From Bacilli bacterium (GTDB lineage Bacteria; Bacillota_I; Bacilli_A; ML615J-28; CAG-698), in the NCBI GenBank assembly GCA_017962745.1, contig JAGCUR010000005.1:7193-71192 (forward strand): DNA of 64,000 nt, in the 5' to 3' direction. This document shows, one piece after another, positions 34,250-43,487 of the stretch (its first letter is position 1; every line of letters begins with the position of its first letter). The position numbers and the translations under genes were made by a program. The notes under the pieces are model-generated. The model saw only the letters and a program-made list of their open reading frames with translations. It was not told where the DNA came from and ran no database searches.

Positions 34250-35296
34250 TTATTGTGGATTATTTTCCATCATCGCATTTAGATAAACTGCTTCGTTTTC
34301 GCCATCCCATGTTAGGCCAATCCAAGCATTATCATTAGTATAATCATAATTAGTATATTCACCATCTACTCTTGGGCCAGTGCATGTCCAGTCAGCAAGT
34401 GCACCATCTAAAAATACTTTTAGTAGAGCAAATGTAGACTCACTTAATTCTTCACCACCAATAATATCAAAGCAATAACTTGTAGCACCTTCTGAATATG
34501 GATAATCATCAACTTCTAATCCTTCTAATTCAGGAAGTAGAATACCAGTTACTTTTTGGAATTCGCTTCTTGCTTTGGCAAATGATTCGCTCATATTTGC
34601 AGAAGCAGGTTCAGGAAGTGTAGGAGCAGTCACTTGAGAACCAGTCTTGAATTCAGTTACTTCATAACTGAAGCTTGAACTTTCTCCTTCTACTGTAGCT
34701 GCAAATTCAACTTTCATTGTAATACCTGTTTCTTTATCCACATATACTTTATATGCAAAATTAGAAATACCTGCAATTTTTCCAATTGCTCCACCAATTC
34801 CTAAATTTAAATCATAAGTATAACAATTTCTACCTGCAACTTTTGCATCTGCACCTTTCTTGAATTGTCCATTATATGCATTTGCCCAATATAACCAACT
34901 AGTAGATGCTACTTTGTAACTGCTAATATATGATTCGCCTTGTTCTTTTTGAACAGTCGATTCATATTGATAACCAGCTTCATTATTATAAGAATAATAA
35001 TGAACGTTGTTTTCTTCCTCTAAAAGGGCTGCACCTTCACCATCTGTTAGCATCCATACAACGTTACCTTTAGCACCAATTGTAAAAGTACCGCTATCAC
35101 CTTCATCATCACTATAATGGAAAGTAATTAAATAGCCATCGCTTTCCATCTTTTCTAGCTTTGCTTGTGATTCTTCTTGTGTAATCTCTAAACTGTCAGT
35201 TCCGCCTTCACCGCCAGTAAGTTTACCTGCAAGATCGCATCCAGTTAAAGCGAATGTAAATAAAAATAATAATAAAAAACTTAATACTTTTTTCAT
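34250..35296 (-). CDS. Lipoprotein of unknown function
   Basis: Signal peptide plus lipobox (LFTFALTGC); 348 aa, mostly beta-rich G/Y/T composition. Confidence 0.65.
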   Translation of the reverse strand: MKKVLSFLLLFLFTFALTGCDLAGKLTGGEGGTDSLEITQEESQAKLEKMESDGYLITFHYSDDEGDSGTFTIGAKGNVVWMLTDGEGAALLEEENNVHYYSYNNEAGYQYESTVQKEQGESYISSYKVASTSWLYWANAYNGQFKKGADAKVAGRNCYTYDLNLGIGGAIGKIAGISNFAYKVYVDKETGITMKVEFAATVEGESSSFSYEVTEFKTGSQVTAPTLPEPASANMSESFAKARSEFQKVTGILLPELEGLEVDDYPYSEGATSYCFDIIGGEELSESTFALLKVFLDGALADWTCTGPRVDGEYTNYDYTNDNAWIGLTWDGENEAVYLNAMMENNPQ

Positions 35297-35419
35297 AATT
35301 TTCCTTTCGTAGCATAATATGCTTACTTATAAATTTTAGCACATCATCTAATTTCTAGCAACAATCGTTAATAAAAGGCTATCTAAATTATATAACCAAT
35401 TATAAATTTTTGATTTTTT

Positions 35420-35472
35420 TGTATAAATAATTGTTTTATGCTATAATCTAATAAATAGGAAGAGGTGATGCT
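35420..35472 (+). promoter_or_regulatory. Putative promoter (extended -10 TGcTATAAT) and RBS (AGGAAGAGGTGA) for ktrBA
   Basis: tgctataat about 30 nt upstream of the ATG; strong SD 6 nt before the start. Confidence 0.45.
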
Positions 35473-36831
35473 ATGGGCTTAACGCGCCGTAAAAATATGC
35501 CTGTTGTTATGTTACTCTCAATCGGCTATTTCACCACTATAATTTTAGCAACAATTTTACTGATGTTACCATTTGCTAGTCGCGAAGGGCACACTAGTTT
35601 TATCGATGCAGTCTTAACTGCAACAAGCGCTACTTGTGTAACAGGTTTAATTGCTTTTGATACTGCAGCCCACTGGACGCTCTTTGGTCAAATTGTCATC
35701 ATGTTAGCAATCCAAATCGGTGGTCTTGGTTTTATGACAATTATCACTTTATTATTTATGGTAATAAAGCGAAACATCGGTTTATATAATCGTACTGTCA
35801 TAATGCAATCTGCAGGATCATATAATATATCTGGTACTACTAAATTAATTAGAAGAATCATTTTAGGTACATTAGCGTTTGAAGCGATTGGAGCTGTCTT
35901 AATTTATTTTAGTATTAAGGATACGTATACCGAAAAGACTTGGTATTATGCGATATTCCATTCAATATCAGCTTTCTGTAATGCGGGATTTGATGTCTTT
36001 GGTGCCGGTAGCGGATTTGCTCCCGTATCGTTAACGCCTTTTTCTCATAATTACGGGCTATTATTTACTTTAATGGGCTTAATAATTATTGGCGGTTCCG
36101 GATTTATCGTTTGGAGCGATATCATCGATTCAAGATTTAAGTGGAGTAGATTCCAAGTTCATACAAAAATAGTTGTGGTGGCAAATAGCGTCTTAATTGC
36201 TATCCCTGCAATATTATTTTTCATTTTCGAATTTACGAAAGTTGGAACTAATGCTGCTTTTGCGGATATGCCGTTCTGGGATAAGATCGTAAACGCCCTG
36301 TTTATGTCGGTAACTCCAAGAACTGCGGGCTTCAATAGCGTCGATTTAAATAGCATGACTGCTAGTGGCCAGTTGCTTACCGTTTTCTTAATGCTAATCG
36401 GTGGTAACTCGGGTTCTACTGCTGGTGGTGTTAAAGTAACTACGATTGTTATAATCTTTGCAACTTTAATATCATCTGCTCGTGGACAAGAAAACATTGT
36501 AATGTTTAAACGTCGAATTAATGAAAAGTTGATAAAACAATCTTTATCGCTTTTAATTGCTTATTTAATTATAATTTTAACAGCGACTCTAATTATTGGT
36601 TCTTATGAAAATTATTCTTTAATGGAAATACTATTTGAAGTTGTATCAGCTATAGGAACAGTTGGTTTATCACTTGGCTTAACTGGCACTTGTGCCGTCG
36701 CCACAAAGATTATAATTATTATATTAATGTATATTGGTAGACTTGGGGCACTAACGCTATTTGATCTACTTCTAAAAGATACAAATGATACGATTGTAGA
36801 AAAACCAGAAGGAAAGGTATTGGTAGGATAA
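35473..36831 (+). CDS. ktrB: Potassium uptake protein KtrB/TrkH family (membrane subunit)
   Basis: 452 aa, about 8-10 TM helices with four selectivity-filter-like glycine stretches (TGL, GGLGF, NAGFD, GGNSGSTAGG). Confidence 0.85.
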   Translation: MGLTRRKNMPVVMLLSIGYFTTIILATILLMLPFASREGHTSFIDAVLTATSATCVTGLIAFDTAAHWTLFGQIVIMLAIQIGGLGFMTIITLLFMVIKRNIGLYNRTVIMQSAGSYNISGTTKLIRRIILGTLAFEAIGAVLIYFSIKDTYTEKTWYYAIFHSISAFCNAGFDVFGAGSGFAPVSLTPFSHNYGLLFTLMGLIIIGGSGFIVWSDIIDSRFKWSRFQVHTKIVVVANSVLIAIPAILFFIFEFTKVGTNAAFADMPFWDKIVNALFMSVTPRTAGFNSVDLNSMTASGQLLTVFLMLIGGNSGSTAGGVKVTTIVIIFATLISSARGQENIVMFKRRINEKLIKQSLSLLIAYLIIILTATLIIGSYENYSLMEILFEVVSAIGTVGLSLGLTGTCAVATKIIIIILMYIGRLGALTLFDLLLKDTNDTIVEKPEGKVLVG

Positions 36832-37472
36832 TGAAAACTATATTAATTATTGGAATGGGTGAATTTGGTAAACACCTAGCATATCGTTTACTTGATTTAA
36901 AAGCTGATGTATGCGTAGTAGATACTGATAAAGAATTGATCAATGTTTTATCAGAAGATTTTGAAAACGCATATGTAGCAGACTGTACTAAAGATGCTGC
37001 TTTAAAAGATTTAGGTGTTAAAACATTTGATATATGCGTTGTATCAGTAGGTAGCGACTTACAAACATCGCTAGAAATCACATCAAAATTAAGACTAATG
37101 GGCGCTAAATATATTATTGCGAAAGCAACTAACACGCTTCAATCGAAGTTTCTAATTATGGCTGGTGCTAATGAATCAATATATCCCGAAAAAGATATCG
37201 CTTCAAAAGTAGCACAAATGTGTATTGCTGATAACGTACTTGATGCCTTTGTTATTTCTGATGAATACAGCGTTTTTGAAATGAAAGTAAGAAATGAATG
37301 GATTGGAAAACCACTTAATCAATCTAACATCAGATCAAAATATAACTTAAATGTTATGGCGGTTAGAGGTGATAATGGTATCATCGTTCCCGATCCTGAA
37401 TATGTATTTACGGAAGATGATAGTATATTCTTATTCGGTAAATCATCAGTTCTTAAAAAATTATCTAAATAA
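36831..37472 (+). CDS. ktrA: Potassium uptake protein KtrA/TrkA (RCK_N plus RCK_C)
   Basis: GMGEFG Rossmann motif (NAD/ATP-binding RCK_N) and C-terminal RCK_C; start overlaps the ktrB stop. Confidence 0.85.
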   Translation: MKTILIIGMGEFGKHLAYRLLDLKADVCVVDTDKELINVLSEDFENAYVADCTKDAALKDLGVKTFDICVVSVGSDLQTSLEITSKLRLMGAKYIIAKATNTLQSKFLIMAGANESIYPEKDIASKVAQMCIADNVLDAFVISDEYSVFEMKVRNEWIGKPLNQSNIRSKYNLNVMAVRGDNGIIVPDPEYVFTEDDSIFLFGKSSVLKKLSK

Positions 37473-37477
37473 AATTA

Positions 37478-37510
37478 AAAAACAGACATTTTTAAATGTC
37501 TGTTTTTATT
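37478..37510. terminator. Bidirectional rho-independent terminator between ktrA and the MFS transporter gene
   Basis: aaaaacagacattt-ttaa-atgtctgtttttatt hairpin with flanking A and T tracts. Confidence 0.7.
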
Positions 37511-37520
37511 TATCAAAATA

Positions 37521-38843
37521 TTATAATTCTTTAATCGATTTATTAAAGAATAAAAATAGGGTAGTTATTAGTAAGCCCGCTGTACATACAATAAGTAGAC
37601 CAGCAGATCCTAGATAAGTAATTGCAACTCCACCTAAAAACATAGCAACGGGAATTAAGCCTTGCGAGCCAATGCTACTAACGCTTGTAACTTTTCCCAT
37701 CTTATCTTTATCTACAATCTTCATCATTAATGTAGAGGTAGATACATTAACTAAAACTAGTAGCATACCAATTATTAGTAATACGATAATCACAGAAACT
37801 AAGACAATATTTATACCAAATATATTATTAGTAAATAAAATATAGGTAGCCGGTATTAGGCCAATTACTATGGTAATAGCAACCATCGACCATCTAATTG
37901 TACCACTGTATTTTTCTTTTTGCTCAGCTCCCGATATAATTATTCCCATAATTAGTGAGCCAATTCCCACCGCTACACTAAAGAATGAGTTCCACATCTC
38001 CGGAGCGATAAAATCTTTAAACATGTAATTAGAACTTGTTAGGTCAGTTGCTATAAAATATGGTGCAAAATTATCAAATATTGGTGAGAAGAAAAAGTTA
38101 ATAAATAGTATGCACAGTAGTAATGCTAAAATTGCCCTCATCGATACTACATATTTAAACCCTTCTTTAATATCAGTTAGTACAGCTTTCATTGTTATCT
38201 TCTCGTCACGCTTTTCAAAGTTGCTTTCATATTTAATAAACATCTCGGAAACGCCACTTAAAATGTAACATACACCGACAACTAAAAATAAAATGTTAAT
38301 CGGTATTAAAGTATATAATATTCCCGCTAACACAACCCCTACTATTGATTGAAAACTATTCATGATTGAATAATATGATTGAGCTTGTTGATACATATCT
38401 TCTTCTACGATTTGCGGAAGCAAAGCACTAGAAGCTGGTGAAAAAATACCTCCAATTGCATTACCAATTATTGTAACTACAAATAGAGCAGCAACTTTAG
38501 CCGTAGTTGAAGTAATTACAGTCATTAAAAGAATCGTAAAGACAATAATTACAGCCCCTTTTATGTAGTCACAAATATACATGATCTTGGCTTTATTAAA
38601 CCTATCACCAATTGCTCCTCCAAATAAAGTAACAACACAAAATACCACTCCACCTACTGCTAAATAAAGCCCTTGGATCAAAGCATTATTATCAGTTATT
38701 TTTAAAATATAAAAACTAACTGCAAATGAATAAAATAACGATCCTACATTAGATACTAGTGCTCCTAAAAAGCCAAGCGTAAAGTTTTTATTTCTAAATA
38801 CATTTTTCTTAACTTTCTTTTCCTCTTCATTCATAATCTTCAC
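37521..38843 (-). CDS. MFS transporter (12 TM)
   Basis: 440 aa, repeated hydrophobic helices; MFS-like loop between TM2 and TM3 (GGAIGDRFNKAKIM). Confidence 0.75.
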   Translation of the reverse strand: MKIMNEEEKKVKKNVFRNKNFTLGFLGALVSNVGSLFYSFAVSFYILKITDNNALIQGLYLAVGGVVFCVVTLFGGAIGDRFNKAKIMYICDYIKGAVIIVFTILLMTVITSTTAKVAALFVVTIIGNAIGGIFSPASSALLPQIVEEDMYQQAQSYYSIMNSFQSIVGVVLAGILYTLIPINILFLVVGVCYILSGVSEMFIKYESNFEKRDEKITMKAVLTDIKEGFKYVVSMRAILALLLCILFINFFFSPIFDNFAPYFIATDLTSSNYMFKDFIAPEMWNSFFSVAVGIGSLIMGIIISGAEQKEKYSGTIRWSMVAITIVIGLIPATYILFTNNIFGINIVLVSVIIVLLIIGMLLVLVNVSTSTLMMKIVDKDKMGKVTSVSSIGSQGLIPVAMFLGGVAITYLGSAGLLIVCTAGLLITTLFLFFNKSIKEL

Positions 38844-39894
38844 CCATTACTTCTTTATAAATGAACACTGCATCTTCTTTTAATGCTTTAGGTGACTCAT
38901 CAATAAATTTACGACGCATATCTGATAAATCAAAAGATGCATAAATTGGTTCTTTATCGTTATAATAATATTTAACTTCACCTGTACTACTAACATCCAC
39001 ATTGTTAATAGAATCTTTCGTTTCTTTTAAATAATTTAGAGTATCAGAATAATCCATACCTAAATTTCTTTCACAGAATGCTTTTAAGAACATATAAGCA
39101 AACATAATATTATTAAATAATGTACCCTTCTTGGTAATTGAATTAATAAATGTAATACTCCACAAAACTAAATCATATGCATCCTTTACTTTATTATTCT
39201 TAAGTAAAGCTTCCACTTGCATATTATTAGTATTAACAATATCGGCTACTGACTTTAAGAATGCTTCAGATGCAATTTTTTGCGCTGCTTCGATATTTCC
39301 TAATGCTAATTCACAACTAGCCATTTCAATATTTGCATTTTGAATATTGTTACTTTCAATATATTCTTTAGCTAAATCATATTTTTCTTGTTTAAGATAA
39401 ACTGATATAATCCCTTTTTGTAATTGGTTAATAGTGACATTATTGATATTATCTTTTTTAAAGATAACGATCCCTCTTTCACAATATTCAATTACAAGAT
39501 TTCCCACTACATCATCATTACTAAATAATAAATAACCAGCAAGGTAATTAATAGCTTTGCTTAACAAATCAAAATTATTAGGGTTCTTAGTAACAATAAG
39601 TTTAACCTCATCAACACTAATATCAAATTTTGACGCTTCTAAGCATTTATCAATTCTTTCAATAAATTTCTTTACTGATGTTGATTTAATATCATAATCA
39701 AGTAAGTAATCAATTGATACATCAAAATAAATAGCTAGTTCTCTTAATTTATCAATATCAGGAAGTGATTCCCCTCTTTCCCATTTTGATACAGCTTGCC
39801 TAGATGTATCAATGATATCAGCTAGTTGTTCTTGGGAAATATCTTTACTCTTTCTTAATTCAATAATCTTATCACACAACATATTTACCACCAT
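38827..39894 (-). CDS. XRE-family HTH transcriptional regulator with C-terminal helical (TPR-like) domain, RNPP/Rgg-like layout
   Basis: N-terminal HTH_XRE (ISQEQLADIIDTSRQAVSKWERGESLPDIDKLRELAIYFDVSIDYLL) plus about 280 aa helical C-domain; stop overlaps the MFS gene by 17 nt. Confidence 0.7.
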   Translation of the reverse strand: MVVNMLCDKIIELRKSKDISQEQLADIIDTSRQAVSKWERGESLPDIDKLRELAIYFDVSIDYLLDYDIKSTSVKKFIERIDKCLEASKFDISVDEVKLIVTKNPNNFDLLSKAINYLAGYLLFSNDDVVGNLVIEYCERGIVIFKKDNINNVTINQLQKGIISVYLKQEKYDLAKEYIESNNIQNANIEMASCELALGNIEAAQKIASEAFLKSVADIVNTNNMQVEALLKNNKVKDAYDLVLWSITFINSITKKGTLFNNIMFAYMFLKAFCERNLGMDYSDTLNYLKETKDSINNVDVSSTGEVKYYYNDKEPIYASFDLSDMRRKFIDESPKALKEDAVFIYKEVMGEDYE

Positions 39895-39981
39895 CTTTCA
39901 CTTCCATTATACCATCAAAAAAGCGATAATCAACCATTTATGGTTGCTTTTGTGTCAATTTTACGCAACCACTGGTTGCAT

Positions 39982-40011
39982 TAAAAAACATCCTATAAAT
40001 AAATATAGGAT
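39982..40011 (-). terminator. Rho-independent terminator downstream of tRNA-Pro
   Basis: Stem catcctata / tataggatg with a 6-nt loop, followed on the minus strand by TTTTTT. Confidence 0.6.
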
Positions 40012-40024
40012 GGTTTTTAATAAA

Positions 40025-40101
40025 TGGTCGGAATAATGAGATTCGAACTCATGACCTCTAACTCCCGAAGCTAGCGTTCTACCAAGCTGAACTATATTCC
40101 G
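40025..40101 (-). tRNA. tRNA-Pro (anticodon CGG)
   Basis: 77-nt cloverleaf: 7-bp acceptor CGGAATA/TATTCCG, D arm GTTC-AGCTTGGTA-GAAC, anticodon arm CTAGC-TTCGGGA-GTTAG (CGG), T arm ATGAG-TTCGAAT-CTCAT, discriminator A, encoded CCA. Confidence 0.85.
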
Positions 40102-40178
40102 ATTTCTTATCCATTATAACATAAACTATTATTTCATTGAATCAATAAATTAAAAATAACTGGAAGTTATCCTTCCAG

Positions 40179-43100
40179 TTATTTAAGAGCGCCTTTAATC
40201 TCTAATGTTTTTAAATCAACACTAGCTTTTTCTAAATCATAATTTCTAAAGTATATTATTACCTTTCTAACATTATCTACATCTAGTCCTAAATCATTTA
40301 AAGCATTTTCATATTCATCAAGTTGAACTTTGTATTTTTCAATTAAAGAAGCTTTAAATACTTCTTCATCGCTAATGTATACTGCTTCATCTGACTTATA
40401 ATCAAATATGATAGCATCCTTTCCACTAATTGCTAGTAAGTCGATTGATCCATTAGAAATAATATCTTTATCTTTTAAATAACTATAATTTAATTCTGAA
40501 TATAAATCATATTTATAAATATTATTATCTGAATAATATTTATTTAGGGCAATCGCGCACGTATGAATAAATCTAAATAAGTTATCATAGTCTTCAATAA
40601 TTGAAGCATATAATTCTAGTGCCTTATTAACTGATGCATCCACATCATGATTATTATCTTTAACCATTAGTTCAAATGCTTTATGCATAATCGTCCCCAC
40701 AATTGCGGATTGTGGACGAGGGGTAGATAAGTCTTCATCTTGATGCTTCAAGAATTCTTGATACCTAATCTTAGATTTATTTTCTAGTTTTGATGGAGAA
40801 ATGTAAGTTAGGCCTTTATGGGTATTGCTAAAGTCTAATTCACGCACTTGATAATCGCTACACTCTTTCTCATCTACTATTAAAGTCTCTTCAGCTTCAA
40901 GACTTCTTAAACCTTTTATTCCATAAATATCATTTTCATATTCAAAGAATAACCCTTTAGATTTATCATCATATGCATAAATGAATGCTTCTTTAGGGCG
41001 AGTTGCAATAACGTATTCAAGTCTTGCTAGTTCTTCATCTTCTTCTTTTTGGATTAACCTAGCAGCATCTTCATCCATTAGATCGATTTTTGAATAATAA
41101 AAATGATCTTCTTTTAGGCGTTCATTGAGATAAAGGATACCACCTTTATAAGCAGTTGCTGGATGTTCTTCTTTAGTCACTTTATCTAAAGCAACCCAAA
41201 TAACAATTTTAGCTTCTAAACCTTTAGCTTTGTGGGTATTAATGATGCTTACGCAGTTAGCATTATCTTCAATTAATGATTCATATTCAATTGCATTATT
41301 AACATAATCATTAAATCTAGCATCTAACTCGTTACCGTTATAATAATCAGATGCAAATACTTCTTCAATCATTTGGAATAGTTTTGATCTAATATTATTA
41401 ATAATAAATCCTTCATTAATACTATCTTCTTCAATCAACCATTCTAAATGATTAGCAAGATAAATTGCTTGGCCATATGCGGACATATCATTAGTTTTAG
41501 CTAATAATTCTTCATATAATTTATTAACTAAATCATTTTCTTGTTCTATTGTTAAGCCATTAAATTTATCTTTATAAATATTTTTAAATACCGACGAAGC
41601 GAGTTCAATTGCTCTATCACTAACACAAGCGATTGAAGCAAATAAATTCACAAATGAACGAAGTGCTTGGTATGCACTAAAGTTACTCTCTCCTGCTACT
41701 TTTGTTGGGATACCGTATTTAGTAAATTCTTGCACATAGTCGCTCATTGCATTATGGTTTTGCATCAAAACCATAATATCTTTAAACTCGACTGGTTTAT
41801 AGCTTACTATATATTCGCCATTTTTATCTTTAGTTACATCTCTTACTTTTTTATTATTAACTAAATATAAAATAAGTTTAGCAATTGTTTCTGGATCTTT
41901 ATTTAAATGATTGTAAAAACCAATTAAATTATCTTCATTTAAATAATCAGCTTCATCTACAATATTCTTTTTAGCTACTAGCATATCGTTATATGCTTCA
42001 CTAGTTAAGCAAATATTTCTAAATGTGTCATTAACATATTCAATTATTTTATTGTTAGATCTAAAATTGATATTTAAGTTGTAACATTGCGCATTAGATT
42101 TGCCTTTTTCGCCTTGGCCAAACATATCGATATCATATAATTTCATCGTATCGAAATATACATCTGGTTCAGCTCCTCTAAAGCGATAAATTGATTGCTT
42201 GGGATCTCCTACTAAATATAAGGCATTATCAATAAATTTATCATCTTCACGCGTAAGTAGTAATGCTATATCTCTTTGTAAATGATCAGTATCTTGATAT
42301 TCATCAATATAAATATGTTTATAATGCTTCTTTAGTTTAGCTAATACATCTTTGTTTTCTTTTAACAGTTTTGCTACTAAATAAATACATTGGTTATTAG
42401 ATATATTATCTTTATCTTTATCGATATAATCTAAATACTCTAAATATGCTTTGTAAGCATAGCCTACAATCTTAACTGAATAATCTTTACGGTAAGCATC
42501 TTTGCGTTCATTATAAACTTTGATCTTCGCTTCAAAGTTAGCTTTAAATTCTTGATATTCATCTTTAACTACATTCTTTCTATATTTATTACCATTAAAT
42601 GGAAAGACGAATTTGTATTTTAGAATATCACCAAAGTCTACTTTTTTATCTCCATATATTTCTTCATACTTACCAGTAATTAGAATTGCTGCTTCATCGT
42701 TTAATACTTTTACTTTTTTAGGGTTCTCATCATAATTTGATAATTCAACCATGTAAGCCATATTTTCTTTAATGAAATCAAAATATTCATAATAATCATT
42801 TTCAATATCTTGGATAGTTAATCCGCTACTAAAATCATGATTATAAATATCTTTTAGTTCAATCTTATCTACATAGTTAGTTAGAACATTAAAGATATTT
42901 TCCATATCTTTTTTAATAACTATGTGTCTAGCTCCACTAATAGATAAATCATCAATATCTTTTTGGCTTAGCTTTTTAAAGAAAGCATCAAATATATCTT
43001 TTTTTCGCTTCAAATCATCTTCATCTACTAACACTTTAAAGCTTGGATTTAGATTTGCATAAATAGAATTCTCTCTTAAGATATCATTACAGAATTTATG

Positions 43101-43487
43101 GATTGTGGAAATATGCATTAAGTCGATATGATTCAGAGCATATTCTAAATTATCTTTGTATGATAAATATTCTTCATCCATTATTCTTCTATTTAATTCC
43201 GTAATAATCTTTGATCTTAGCTCTTCTGCTGCTTTATTAGTAAATGATATAGCTACAAAGTCATCAGGTTTTTCCCCATTTCCTAAAAATCCTACGATTC
43301 TAGAAACTAGTGATGTTGACTTTCCAGCTCCCGCTCCCGCAACCACAAACACGTTACGTTTATCAACTAACAAGTGGCTGCGTTTAATCATCTCTAAATC
43401 GTACGCTTCTTTAATCAAGGTATCCATCTTTAACCCTCTTAACGCAAACGCCCTTGTAGCTACAGAACTTACAATGATCTTTACCAT
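40179..43487 (-). CDS. addA: ATP-dependent helicase/nuclease subunit A (AddA/RexA; UvrD-like helicase plus C-terminal PD-(D/E)xK nuclease)
   Basis: Walker A AGAGAGKST (after a probable true start at the internal MDTLIKEAY), UvrD motifs, C-terminal nuclease motif (IDLLAI..IIFDYKSD); 1102 aa as annotated. Confidence 0.8.
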   Translation of the reverse strand: MVKIIVSSVATRAFALRGLKMDTLIKEAYDLEMIKRSHLLVDKRNVFVVAGAGAGKSTSLVSRIVGFLGNGEKPDDFVAISFTNKAAEELRSKIITELNRRIMDEEYLSYKDNLEYALNHIDLMHISTIHKFCNDILRENSIYANLNPSFKVLVDEDDLKRKKDIFDAFFKKLSQKDIDDLSISGARHIVIKKDMENIFNVLTNYVDKIELKDIYNHDFSSGLTIQDIENDYYEYFDFIKENMAYMVELSNYDENPKKVKVLNDEAAILITGKYEEIYGDKKVDFGDILKYKFVFPFNGNKYRKNVVKDEYQEFKANFEAKIKVYNERKDAYRKDYSVKIVGYAYKAYLEYLDYIDKDKDNISNNQCIYLVAKLLKENKDVLAKLKKHYKHIYIDEYQDTDHLQRDIALLLTREDDKFIDNALYLVGDPKQSIYRFRGAEPDVYFDTMKLYDIDMFGQGEKGKSNAQCYNLNINFRSNNKIIEYVNDTFRNICLTSEAYNDMLVAKKNIVDEADYLNEDNLIGFYNHLNKDPETIAKLILYLVNNKKVRDVTKDKNGEYIVSYKPVEFKDIMVLMQNHNAMSDYVQEFTKYGIPTKVAGESNFSAYQALRSFVNLFASIACVSDRAIELASSVFKNIYKDKFNGLTIEQENDLVNKLYEELLAKTNDMSAYGQAIYLANHLEWLIEEDSINEGFIINNIRSKLFQMIEEVFASDYYNGNELDARFNDYVNNAIEYESLIEDNANCVSIINTHKAKGLEAKIVIWVALDKVTKEEHPATAYKGGILYLNERLKEDHFYYSKIDLMDEDAARLIQKEEDEELARLEYVIATRPKEAFIYAYDDKSKGLFFEYENDIYGIKGLRSLEAEETLIVDEKECSDYQVRELDFSNTHKGLTYISPSKLENKSKIRYQEFLKHQDEDLSTPRPQSAIVGTIMHKAFELMVKDNNHDVDASVNKALELYASIIEDYDNLFRFIHTCAIALNKYYSDNNIYKYDLYSELNYSYLKDKDIISNGSIDLLAISGKDAIIFDYKSDEAVYISDEEVFKASLIEKYKVQLDEYENALNDLGLDVDNVRKVIIYFRNYDLEKASVDLKTLEIKGALK

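Noticed and set aside
35297-35472. c-di-AMP (ydaO-type) riboswitch upstream of ktrBA, as in Bacillus ktrAB
   Set aside because: The candidate -10 sits only about 30 nt from the ATG and the intergenic region also serves the divergent lipoprotein gene; there is no room for an aptamer of about 140 nt.
39812-40036. 74-aa plus-strand ORF overlapping the regulator start and tRNA terminator
   Set aside because: It overlaps the XRE regulator's 5' end and the tRNA terminator, and has no RBS. It is spurious.
37478-40101. Genomic island integrated at the tRNA-Pro 3' end (XRE-TPR regulator plus MFS)
   Set aside because: No direct repeat of the tRNA 3' segment was found downstream toward 37.5 kb, and no integrase or recombinase gene is present.
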